Of a DNA stretch of 64,000 nt, positions 29,556 to 37,874 are shown one piece after another. The DNA is from Oscillospiraceae bacterium. GTDB lineage: Bacteria > Bacillota > Clostridia > Oscillospirales > Oscillospiraceae. Position 1 is the stretch's first letter. Each line of letters begins with the position of its first letter. The notes under the pieces were generated by a model. That model did not search any database. It was not told where the DNA came from and was given only the letters and a program-made list of their open reading frames with translations. The translations under genes were made by a program, and so were the position numbers. The stretch lies in NCBI GenBank assembly GCA_015068245.1, contig SVKU01000005.1, forward strand, positions 14,847 through 78,846, read 5' to 3'.

Positions 29556-29642
29556 AATTAATAATTAATAGTTAATAATTAATATTGTAATGCGCAGCAT
29601 CCGAACATCCGAAACTATTAATTATTCATTATTAATTATTAA
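29556..29642. repeat. AT-rich inverted pair of heptamer arrays in the cysS leader
   Basis: The left arm is TAATTAA TAATTAA TAGTTAA TAATTAA (29556-29583). The right arm is its near-exact inverse (29615-29642). The central loop carries CATCCGAA x2 (29598-29613). A 20-mer, ctattaattattcattatta, is repeated exactly at 56895-56914. Confidence 0.85.
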
Positions 29643-29654
29643 CTGAAATAAATA

Positions 29655-29845
29655 CAGCCCGCCTCCGGCTTTCGCAAGAGGCGGGCATAATCGCTCGCGG
29701 TTCCACTCTCATTTATCACTTGTTGCCGGTAGATCCGGCCGAAAAATCTGCTCCGGGACGCACTTTCACTCTGTCCTCCGCAGGAACGCTTCCAGCCAAC
29801 GACGTTCCTTCTCTGTCCGGTTTCAATGAGTTACTCTTTCCCTTC
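29655..29845 (-). promoter_or_regulatory. T-box riboswitch leader, Cys (UGC) specifier, controlling cysS
   Basis: On the minus strand: an AGAGA element, a specifier-loop context GAAAG-UGC-G (codon at 29762..29760), and the T-box sequence AGAGTGGAACCGCGAG (29709..29694). The terminator is gcccgcctc-ttgcgaaagccg-gaggcgggc (29686..29657) plus tgtatttattt. Confidence 0.8.
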
Positions 29846-29896
29846 ATTGCAGTATATTCAATTCTGAAACAATCTTAGCATATTGTTAATTTTGTG

Positions 29897-30436
29897 TCAA
29901 CCCAAATCCAGAACATCATTGTTTTTGATAAAGTACTCAACCCCTGACCAGACAGTAGTCACCACCATGACAGCAACGCAGATCCAGTTCAGGTCAATGG
30001 GGCCAATTGCAATAAGTCCAACGTCTGTCAGCATTATGCAAATACACACCATAGACGAAAATGTCTTTACCTTACCGGACAAACCGGCAGCGATAACTCT
30101 GTTTTTACCGACGGCTACAAGGCGCAGTCCCGTAACAGCAAACTCACGGGTCAGGATCACCATGGCTGCCCATGCCGGCATGAGTCCGCTTTGAACGAAA
30201 ATAAGCAATGCGGCAAACACCAAAAGCTTGTCGGCCAGCGGATCTATGAATTTGCCGAAATCTGTTATCTGGTCATAGTGTCTTGCGATGTACCCATCCA
30301 CAAAGTCAGTAACGCTGGCAATAATAAAAATTGCCAGAGCTATGTAGTTGGCATAAGGCAGATCCGACAGCAGCACGATCATAAAAACCGGCACCATCAG
30401 CACCCGCAAAACGGTAATTTTACTGGCTGTAGTCAT
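29897..30436 (-). CDS. pgsA: CDP-diacylglycerol--glycerol-3-phosphate 3-phosphatidyltransferase
   Basis: CDP-alcohol phosphatidyltransferase motif DxxDGxxAR...G...D...D (DFVDGYIARHY..FGKFIDPLADK). Confidence 0.92.
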   Translation of the reverse strand: MTTASKITVLRVLMVPVFMIVLLSDLPYANYIALAIFIIASVTDFVDGYIARHYDQITDFGKFIDPLADKLLVFAALLIFVQSGLMPAWAAMVILTREFAVTGLRLVAVGKNRVIAAGLSGKVKTFSSMVCICIMLTDVGLIAIGPIDLNWICVAVMVVTTVWSGVEYFIKNNDVLDLG

Positions 30437-30439
30437 ATT

Positions 30440-31792
30440 TTAGTCCTCTGCCTGTTCTTCTTCCTCGATCTGTGCTTCGCCCACAAGATCACCATCGAGA
30501 GTATCTGTTATCAGTACATTGACAAACTGACCTTCATAGAGCTTTTCTTCGGAGGTGAAGAACACCTTTCCGTCAACATCGGGAGAGTCGGCATAGGTGC
30601 GGCCGAAGTAACACTCGGCATAACGGTCGAAGCCTTCGCAGATAACTTCCATAACAGTACCCATTCTTGCATCGTTGTAATCGTCCATGATGCGGGATTG
30701 GATGTCTGTAATTATGTCAACTCGACGCATAGCTTCCTCACTGTCGCAGCCGGGTTCCATCTCGGCAGCGGGAGTGCCCTCTTCGGGAGAGAATGCGAAT
30801 ACTCCCACACGCTCAAGACGATGCTTGCGCAGGAAGTCGCAAAGCTCCTCGAACTCTGCTTCACCTTCGCCGGGCAGGCCACAGATAAGGCTGGTTCGCA
30901 GCACAAGGCCGGGAATACGCTGACGCAGCTTGGTGAACAGGTTCTCCAGAACCTCCTTGCTGCCGCGACGATTCATGGCTTTAAGTATTTTATCGTTGGC
31001 ATGCTGGATTGGAATATCCAGATACTTTACGATCTTTTCCTCTGTTGCCAGAACGTCGATAAGCTCATCGGAAATTTCATCGGGGTACATATAATGAACT
31101 CTGACCCATTTGATTCCGCCTATGGCACACAGCTGAGGAAGCAGTTCTGCCAGCTTGCGCTCGCCGTAAAGGTCAAGACCGTAACGGCTAGTATCCTGCG
31201 CCACAACGATAAGCTCTTTAACGCCCATCTGAGCCAGTTCTCTGGCTTCCGCCACGATTTCTTCCATCTTTCTGCTGCGATAACGGCCACGGAGAGAAGG
31301 AATCACGCAGTAGGAGCAGCGGTTGTCGCAGCCCTCGGCAATTTTGAGATATGCGTAATACTCGGGAGTTGTAAGTACACGGCTAATCTCGGGCAGTTCG
31401 GCGTTAATGTCACCCATGGCAATGGGATTCTCTCCGTTGAGGGTATCCTCCACAACGCCAACGATCTCGTGGTAGCTGCCGCAGCCTACCACTGCATCAA
31501 CCTCAGGCAGCTCGGTACGAAGCTCGTCGGCATATCGCTGGGCAAGGCAGCCGGTAACAATAATTTTTCCGATCTTGCCTTCGTCTTTCAATGCAGCCAA
31601 CTCCAGAATTTCGGCAATCGCCTCGCTCTTGGCACTTTCAATAAAGCCGCAGGTATTGACGATAACGGCATCGGTGTTTTCCACGTTGGTGGTTATCTCG
31701 TATCCAGCGGTATGCAGCTGATACAGCATCTGTTCACTGTTGACCTGGTTCTTGGCGCAGCCAAGGGAAACCATTCCGATTTTTTGAGACAT
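30440..31792 (-). CDS. rimO: ribosomal protein S12 methylthiotransferase RimO
   Basis: UPF0004 N-terminal Cys triad (LGCAKN..), a radical SAM CDNRCSYC motif, and a TRAM C-terminus. Confidence 0.92.
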   Translation of the reverse strand: MSQKIGMVSLGCAKNQVNSEQMLYQLHTAGYEITTNVENTDAVIVNTCGFIESAKSEAIAEILELAALKDEGKIGKIIVTGCLAQRYADELRTELPEVDAVVGCGSYHEIVGVVEDTLNGENPIAMGDINAELPEISRVLTTPEYYAYLKIAEGCDNRCSYCVIPSLRGRYRSRKMEEIVAEARELAQMGVKELIVVAQDTSRYGLDLYGERKLAELLPQLCAIGGIKWVRVHYMYPDEISDELIDVLATEEKIVKYLDIPIQHANDKILKAMNRRGSKEVLENLFTKLRQRIPGLVLRTSLICGLPGEGEAEFEELCDFLRKHRLERVGVFAFSPEEGTPAAEMEPGCDSEEAMRRVDIITDIQSRIMDDYNDARMGTVMEVICEGFDRYAECYFGRTYADSPDVDGKVFFTSEEKLYEGQFVNVLITDTLDGDLVGEAQIEEEEQAED

Positions 31793-31827
31793 ATTATGTC
31801 AACCTCGATTCGATGTAATGCAGATTT

Positions 31828-32442
31828 TTATTCTTCGCCTACTTCTATTTCGTACCTCAGCAGGGCCGAGCGGATATCTTCCCAGCCAAAGCCACGGCGA
31901 TACAGGGCATCGGTGATTTTTTTCAGTTCTTTTCGGTCGGGAGTTTTTCCGGACAGTTTTGAACGCAAAAAAGCGTCTATCTTGTCTGCCGGATCTTCCA
32001 GCCTGTCAAGGGCATCGTCCCAGTATTCCCGGGGCACTCCCCTGCTGTACAGCTCGTTTTTTATCCGTGTACGGCCGTATCCTTTTTCGCTGTATTTGCG
32101 CACAAGGTACTCGGCATACTGCTCATCGTTGATAAAACCAAGCTGTTCCATGCGTTCGGCGGCATCTTCGGCGTTGTCTGCCGATTCGCCTTTTTCTTTC
32201 AACTTCTTTACCAGTTCCTTTTTGGAGAGGGGCCGTCTGCCTATCATATTGGCCGCCCGCTGATTTGTACGGGCAACGGCTATTCGCTCCATAAGCTGCT
32301 GCGCCTTTTCCTCGTCCAGTTCCATACCTGAGTGCAGACCAAAATCAGCAACAACCGCAGAAGTTGTCTTTGCAGATGAACCGTCGTCAAAGGTCAGGCG
32401 GAATCCGCCGTACTGCATGGGTTCAAGTTTTGTTATTTTCAT
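31828..32442 (-). CDS. recX: recombination regulator RecX
   Basis: 204 aa of helical repeats, immediately downstream of recA. Confidence 0.85.
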   Translation of the reverse strand: MKITKLEPMQYGGFRLTFDDGSSAKTTSAVVADFGLHSGMELDEEKAQQLMERIAVARTNQRAANMIGRRPLSKKELVKKLKEKGESADNAEDAAERMEQLGFINDEQYAEYLVRKYSEKGYGRTRIKNELYSRGVPREYWDDALDRLEDPADKIDAFLRSKLSGKTPDRKELKKITDALYRRGFGWEDIRSALLRYEIEVGEE

Positions 32443-32450
32443 CAGGTTCC

Positions 32451-33557
32451 TTATTCGTCATCAAAATCCTCAGCGGTAACGTCCACAGCTTTAGATGCTG
32501 CGGCAGCTGCAGAGGTCTTTTTGACAGGATTCAGCTTAGCCATGTTTTCACGAATATCGGCTTCCAGTTTGGCGTAGGCATCGGGATTTTCAAGCAGGTA
32601 ATTTTTAACACTGTCTCGGCCCTGACCGATTCTGGTGTCTCCCATGGAGAACCATGAACCGCTCTTTTCAATCAGATCAAGCTTTACACCAAGATCCACC
32701 ATCTCGCCCAGTTTGGAGATGCCTTCACCGTAAAGAATATCAAACTCTGCTTCACGGAAAGGAGGTGCCACCTTGTTTTTGATGACCTTGGCTCTTGTTC
32801 TGTTGCCTATAACTTCGCCGCCCTGCTTGATGGACTCAATTCTTCTGATATCGATACGGACGGAAGCATAGAACTTCAGCGCACGACCACCGGTGGTGGT
32901 TTCGCTGCTGCCATAAACAACGCCGATCTTGTCGCGGATCTGGTTGATGAAAATTACAATGCAGTTGGTTTTTGAGATGGAGCCTGCCAGCTTTCTCAGT
33001 GCCTGAGACATAAGACGGGCATGAACGCCCATAAAGCTGTCGCCCATGTCGCCCTCTATTTCGGCACGGGGTACCAGGGCTGCAACGGAGTCCACAACCA
33101 CAGCGTCAACCGCACCGGAACGCACCAGAGCTTCGGTTATCTCCAGAGCCTGCTCACCGGTGTCGGGCTGAGCCACCAGCAGTTCTTCGATGTTTACGCC
33201 CAGATTGGCAGCATACTGCGGGTCAAGAGCGTGTTCGGCGTCTACAAAAGCAACTTCACCGCCCAGCTTCTGAGTTTCTGCCAGGACGTGCAGTGCCAGC
33301 GTGGTCTTACCGGAGGATTCAGGTCCATATATCTCAATGATACGTCCTTTGGGCAGGCCACCGATACCGAGAGCGATGTCAAGAGAAAGGGAGCCGGTGG
33401 ATACGCTCTCAACTTTAATTCCGCTGTTTTCACCAAGGCGCATGATGGAGCCTTTGCCAAAGTCCTTTTCTATCTGGGACAGTGCTGTCTCCAGAGCTTT
33501 TTTCTTATCACTGGCGGGACCAACAGGGGCTACGGTGCTGTTTTTCTTCTTATCCAT
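32451..33557 (-). CDS. recA: recombinase RecA
   Basis: Walker [10 protein letters not shown]; the canonical RecA sequence throughout. Confidence 0.98.
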   Translation of the reverse strand: MDKKKNSTVAPVGPASDKKKALETALSQIEKDFGKGSIMRLGENSGIKVESVSTGSLSLDIALGIGGLPKGRIIEIYGPESSGKTTLALHVLAETQKLGGEVAFVDAEHALDPQYAANLGVNIEELLVAQPDTGEQALEITEALVRSGAVDAVVVDSVAALVPRAEIEGDMGDSFMGVHARLMSQALRKLAGSISKTNCIVIFINQIRDKIGVVYGSSETTTGGRALKFYASVRIDIRRIESIKQGGEVIGNRTRAKVIKNKVAPPFREAEFDILYGEGISKLGEMVDLGVKLDLIEKSGSWFSMGDTRIGQGRDSVKNYLLENPDAYAKLEADIRENMAKLNPVKKTSAAAAASKAVDVTAEDFDDE

Positions 33558-33627
33558 TTATTACCGTTCCTTTCATTTGGGGTAATCGATGTCATCGCTT
33601 ACCCCGGAATAATTTACAGTTTTTGGC

Positions 33628-33652
33628 GGAACGGTCAAGACCGTTCCCTACA
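33628..33652 (-). repeat. GTAG-headed hairpin repeat (REP-like singlet, C-type)
   Basis: Minus strand reads tGTAG-GGAACGGTC-TT-GACCGTTCC. The same unit occurs at 42901-42924 and as a doublet at 62143-62207. Confidence 0.8.
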
Positions 33653-33679
33653 ATACTGTTTGAGTTAACAGTTAACTGC

Positions 33680-34543
33680 TCACATGGTTTCCGCTATGAC
33701 AGCACGGTCAATGCCTCCGCTGTCACGCCCAATTCCAATAACGCCGATACCCTCGGCTCGCAGCATATCCAAAATCGGTTCAGCCTGGTCAATACCCATT
33801 TCAAATATCAGCTTTCCGCCGGTTTTCAGAGCCGGAAGCCAGTTTTTCAAAATAGCGCGGTAGAAATCCAACCCATCTTCACCGCCGTGAAGGGCTATAT
33901 TGGGCTCGAAATCTTTGACAGATCTGTCCAGCGTCTGCATATCCGCAGAGGTTATGTACGGCGGGTTGGACACTATTATATCAAACTTACCAAGGTAAGC
34001 CGGAGGCGGCTGCATAACATCCGCCTTAACGTGGATAGCTCTGTTGGACAGTCCCAGATCCGTTGCGTTCTTGTGGCATATAGCCAATGCTTCATCGGAA
34101 ATGTCTGCCATTACCACCCTTGCCGCAGGCACTTTTTTTGCCACCGCAAGACCGATACAACCACTGCCGCAGCACAGGTCCAGCACCTTTGGATCGTTAT
34201 CCGCCATATCATCAGCGGCTTTGATCGCCAGAGATGCAGCAATTTCGGTATCGTCTCTGGGAATAAGAACTCCGGGGCCGACAGTCAGGGTCATGCCCAT
34301 GAACTCCCACTGACCCAGAATGTATCCCAGAGGTTCGCCTGACACACGACGGGCGCACAGCTCCATGGCTTTATTTGCCACATCGGTAGGTGCGTAAATG
34401 TTATAGTCAGCGAGCAGTTGCTCCTTGCTTTTTCCCGAAGCTGCACATACCAGTTCCCTGGCTGTCATAGTCGGGTTACCGTCACCGGCAGTTATCAGCT
34501 GACGGCGAATGTCTATACACAGGTCGTTATACTTAACTGCCAT
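33680..34543 (-). CDS. prmC: peptide chain release factor N(5)-glutamine methyltransferase
   Basis: SAM motif VLDLCCGSGCIG and the catalytic NPPY (SNPPYI). Confidence 0.93.
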   Translation of the reverse strand: MAVKYNDLCIDIRRQLITAGDGNPTMTARELVCAASGKSKEQLLADYNIYAPTDVANKAMELCARRVSGEPLGYILGQWEFMGMTLTVGPGVLIPRDDTEIAASLAIKAADDMADNDPKVLDLCCGSGCIGLAVAKKVPAARVVMADISDEALAICHKNATDLGLSNRAIHVKADVMQPPPAYLGKFDIIVSNPPYITSADMQTLDRSVKDFEPNIALHGGEDGLDFYRAILKNWLPALKTGGKLIFEMGIDQAEPILDMLRAEGIGVIGIGRDSGGIDRAVIAETM

Positions 34544-34555
34544 TTAATTCTCCTT

Positions 34556-34590
34556 TTAGGTTTCAGGGATCAGGGTTCAGAGGTCAGGGA
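34556..34590 (-). repeat. heptamer array, 5 units, each ending in a stop triplet
   Basis: Minus strand reads TCCCTGA CCTCTGA ACCCTGA TCCCTGA AACCTAA and abuts the prmC SD (AAGGAG). Confidence 0.85.
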
Positions 34591-34646
34591 AATGCATCGA
34601 CTTCGTCGATGATTGAATTTGTTTGCAAATCACAGATTTATAAACT

Positions 34647-34667
34647 CATATCACTGACTACTGACTA
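34647..34667 (-). repeat. heptamer array, 3 units, directly after the DUF1385 gene stop
   Basis: Minus strand reads TAA-tttgg-TAGTCAG TAGTCAG TGATATG. Confidence 0.8.
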
Positions 34668-34672
34668 CCAAA

Positions 34673-35620
34673 TTACCACTCGTCCTCGCCTTCCACTTCG
34701 GGCAGGACAAGTTTTACAGCTTCTATACCCACTTCGATCATGGAATCGTCGGGCTCGTTGGTGGTGAACCTCTGGAACCACAAGCCGGGAGCCACCAGTG
34801 CTCTGGTAAACTTGTTGTCGTGGCGGCCTACGAAACGGTTTATCTCATAGCTTATGCCAACAACTACCGGCAAAAGTGCCAGTCTCAGTGCCATGCGGAT
34901 AAAGGGGTTGGACCAACGAACCACACTGAACACCAGTATGCTGATTATCATAACAACAAACAGAAAACTGGTACCGCAGCGGGGGTGGAATCTTGTCTGC
35001 TGACGGACGTTTTCCACCGTCAGAGGCAGACCAGCTTCATAGCAGGCGATAGTCTTATGTTCGGCACCGTGGTAGGAAAAGACACGTTTCATGTCTTTCA
35101 TTCTGGACACGGCGATCATGTAGATCACAAACAGAGTTATTCTTATGGCGCCTTCCACCAGATTGCGCAGCACACCGCTGCCTATCCAGGGAGACACAAA
35201 ACCTGCCAGCAAAGTGGGCAGCAGGATGAACAGCCCAACAGAGAACATGATGCCCAGGAATACCGCAATATAGATTATTGCCTGCTGAGCTTTTTCCTCT
35301 TCAAGATGTTCTTCAAGCCACAAATCTATCTTTGAGGGTTTTTCCGGCTCCACGCCTTCCTCCTCGGGATAGTAGTCTGCTGAGAACATCAGCGCCTTAA
35401 CGCCGTTGACCATGGAAGAACCGAAGTTCACAACACCGCGGATAAACGGCCAGCCAAGGATAGGATATTTATCTTTGATGAACTTTCTGTCTTCCACCTG
35501 AGTCACAAGACCTTCGGGGCCTCTGACCACGATGGCCTTTTTCTTGGGACCCATCATCATAATGCCTTCGATGAGGGCCTGTCCACCTATTGATGTGCGG
35601 AACTGATTATCTTTTGCCAT
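34673..35620 (-). CDS. DUF1385 domain-containing membrane protein (YqhQ-like)
   Basis: N-terminal IGGQALIEGIMMMGP and the YHGAEHKTI motif. The prmC neighbourhood is typical for this family. Confidence 0.85.
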   Translation of the reverse strand: MAKDNQFRTSIGGQALIEGIMMMGPKKKAIVVRGPEGLVTQVEDRKFIKDKYPILGWPFIRGVVNFGSSMVNGVKALMFSADYYPEEEGVEPEKPSKIDLWLEEHLEEEKAQQAIIYIAVFLGIMFSVGLFILLPTLLAGFVSPWIGSGVLRNLVEGAIRITLFVIYMIAVSRMKDMKRVFSYHGAEHKTIACYEAGLPLTVENVRQQTRFHPRCGTSFLFVVMIISILVFSVVRWSNPFIRMALRLALLPVVVGISYEINRFVGRHDNKFTRALVAPGLWFQRFTTNEPDDSMIEVGIEAVKLVLPEVEGEDEW

Positions 35621-35645
35621 TGAAATTTCCTTTCGGGTAAATACA

Positions 35646-37076
35646 TTAACTGTTTAAGGGCAGAAGTATGGATACAAGTGTGCCGCCGCCTTCTGCGTTT
35701 TCTATTATAAGCCAACCATTGTGCATTGAAACGATCTCGTCGCACACTGCAAGACCTATGCCGTTGCCTCGCTCTTTTGAACTGCCTTTATAGAACTTCT
35801 TTTTGACGAAGGGAAGTTCCTCTTCCGGTATGCCGGGGCCAAAATCACGAATTTTAATGGCAATACAGCCGTCCTCAATACCTATCTGAGCAGTGATTCT
35901 CCGACCTTCCTTGCCGTGCTTGGCAGCGTTGTCGAGAATGTTCAGAAACACCTGTTTAAGTCTTGCTCCGTCTGCCGGAATGTTTGGTATCTCCTCATCG
36001 TTATCAAGATACTCAAGCTCAATGTTTTCCTTGCGCAGCCTGCTGCCATACATGAAAACCGTGTCCTCAAACTCAGATCGGATATCGCAGTCCTCTATAC
36101 TAAGTTTGAACCTGCCGTCCTGCATTCTTGAAAACTCAAGCAGTTCTTCCACAAGGGTGGTCAGCCGATGTGCTTCCTTGAGCATGATGCCTATGCCGCG
36201 CTTGGTTTCTGCCGGGTCTGAAAAATCATCATACAGCAGTGTTTCGCCCCAGCCGGAAATCGCTGTCAGCGGAGTTCGCAGTTCGTGAGATACCGAGGTG
36301 ACAAACTCGCTTTGGGTCTTTTCTGCCTGGTCTATGCGGATAGACATATTGTTTATGGTGTCTGCCAGTTCGCCTATCTCGTCGTCAAATTCTTTTTCTA
36401 TCTGAATTCCATAGCTGCCTGCCGCTATGCGCTTTGCAGTTTCGGTTATCTGACCTACCGGTCCGATTATTGAGCGAATGAAATAAAGGTTTGAGAAAAT
36501 GACAAACAGAACTATGGCAAACCCAGCACACAGCGCCACTGCTACAGCAAGCATTATCTGCCGGTCTACGTTTCGCAGACTGGTGACGTAGCGCATTACA
36601 CCAATAACGTCTCCCGAGGAGTATATCATGGGGCTGGATACAGCCATAATATGCTCTCCGGTTGCAGGGTCATTACCCATGAATACGCTTATCTGCTGAG
36701 TGTCCATAGCCTTGGTTATATCATCGGTACCCGGTGACATGCCTGCGGTAAGACCGAAAGAGGACACAATTATCCTGCCGTTGGAATTGACAAATTGCAG
36801 CTCCAGCGTGTTTTTTTCGTCAAAATTCTCAATGAATCTATACGCACTGAGATAATACTCGTTGTAGCTTTGATTCATGTAGCTGGAAAAGAAGTCGCTG
36901 GCCGTTTTTGCTTTGGCTTCCAAACCGTTACGGACAGAAGAATAGTAATAGCTGGCAAACACGGTGGAAAACGCTGCCACTGCCAGCAGAACCACAACGA
37001 TAACGATGCTCATGCAGTTCAGCAGCCATCTTTTCCTTATGCCCGTGGGCATAAAGTTCTTCTTTACGCTCCCCAT
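35646..37076 (-). CDS. sensor histidine kinase (TM-sensor-TM-HAMP-HisKA-HATPase)
   Basis: H-box SHELRTPL plus N, G1 (DFGPGI) and G2 (GNGIGL) boxes. It overlaps the response regulator stop by 13 nt. Confidence 0.92.
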   Translation of the reverse strand: MGSVKKNFMPTGIRKRWLLNCMSIVIVVVLLAVAAFSTVFASYYYSSVRNGLEAKAKTASDFFSSYMNQSYNEYYLSAYRFIENFDEKNTLELQFVNSNGRIIVSSFGLTAGMSPGTDDITKAMDTQQISVFMGNDPATGEHIMAVSSPMIYSSGDVIGVMRYVTSLRNVDRQIMLAVAVALCAGFAIVLFVIFSNLYFIRSIIGPVGQITETAKRIAAGSYGIQIEKEFDDEIGELADTINNMSIRIDQAEKTQSEFVTSVSHELRTPLTAISGWGETLLYDDFSDPAETKRGIGIMLKEAHRLTTLVEELLEFSRMQDGRFKLSIEDCDIRSEFEDTVFMYGSRLRKENIELEYLDNDEEIPNIPADGARLKQVFLNILDNAAKHGKEGRRITAQIGIEDGCIAIKIRDFGPGIPEEELPFVKKKFYKGSSKERGNGIGLAVCDEIVSMHNGWLIIENAEGGGTLVSILLPLNS

Positions 37077-37750
37077 TTATAGCCAAAGCCCCATACGGTG
37101 GTGATGTAAATGGGATTTGCGGTGTCGTCCTCAATTTTTATGCGCAGGCGGCGGATATTGACGTCCACTATTTTCAGCTCGCCGCAGTAGTCTCTACCCC
37201 AGACATTCTGGAGCACATCTTCACGAGACAGTGCTCTGCCGGGGTTTTGCATAAACAGCTTCATAATGGCGTATTCCACCTGGGTAAGCTTGATGCGCTG
37301 ACCGTTTTTCTCCAAAGTTCTGTTACGTGTGTTCAGTACAAAGGGTCCCTGCTTCAGTTCATTGGAATCCTCATTGATCTCGCCGCCGGTACGGCGGTAA
37401 AGAGCGTCGATACGGGCGGTAAGTTCCGCAGGAGAGAAGGGTTTTGTAACATAGTCGTCGGCACCTGTCATAAGTCCGGTGACCTTGTCCATCTCCTGAG
37501 TTTTTGCGGTAAGCATTATAATACCTATCTGACTGTCGGTGGCACGAATGGTGCGGCAAACCTCAAACCCGTCGATATCGGGCAGCATAATGTCAAGTAT
37601 TGCCACACGGATATCGGGATTCTGGCGCAGTTTTTCCAGTGCTTCCATGCCGGTGCCGGCTTCGATGGCTTCATAACCCGCTCTTTTTAGGTTGATGACT
37701 ACAAAGCTTCTGATGCTGACTTCGTCTTCCAGTATCAGTACCTTTTTCAT
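37064..37750 (-). CDS. OmpR/PhoB-family response regulator
   Basis: Receiver domain (LILEDE..., D in ILDIMLPDIDG) plus a winged-helix trans_reg_C domain (..TVWGFGYKW). Confidence 0.93.
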   Translation of the reverse strand: MKKVLILEDEVSIRSFVVINLKRAGYEAIEAGTGMEALEKLRQNPDIRVAILDIMLPDIDGFEVCRTIRATDSQIGIIMLTAKTQEMDKVTGLMTGADDYVTKPFSPAELTARIDALYRRTGGEINEDSNELKQGPFVLNTRNRTLEKNGQRIKLTQVEYAIMKLFMQNPGRALSREDVLQNVWGRDYCGELKIVDVNIRRLRIKIEDDTANPIYITTVWGFGYKWGA

Positions 37751-37775
37751 TGGCTCAGTTTCCTTTCGTATATGT

Positions 37776-37803
37776 TTAGGTTTCAGGGTACAGGGATCAG
37801 GTT
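37776..37803 (-). repeat. heptamer array, 4 units, same family as 34556-34590
   Basis: Minus strand reads AACCTGA TCCCTGT ACCCTGA AACCTAA, about 25 nt upstream of the response-regulator ATG. It shares CCCTGAAACCTAAA with the prmC copy. Confidence 0.8.
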
Positions 37804-37874
37804 AAAGAGTGTTGGTGTTCTTTTGCTTGGTGGTTACCGAAATTAACAATTAACTGCATCAGCAAAGCGATTGC

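Noticed and set aside
30191-32263. 690-aa + strand ORF spanning pgsA, rimO and recX antisense
   Set aside because: It crosses three independent minus-strand genes with clear motifs. It has no domain logic and its C-terminal third is low-complexity Ser/Arg.
33628-33652. GAAC...GTTC inside the REP-like hairpin upstream of recA as a LexA/Cheo box
   Set aside because: The half-sites are separated by 10 nt, not the 4 nt of the Firmicute SOS box. The identical unit also occurs upstream of dnaE and near truA as part of a repeat family.
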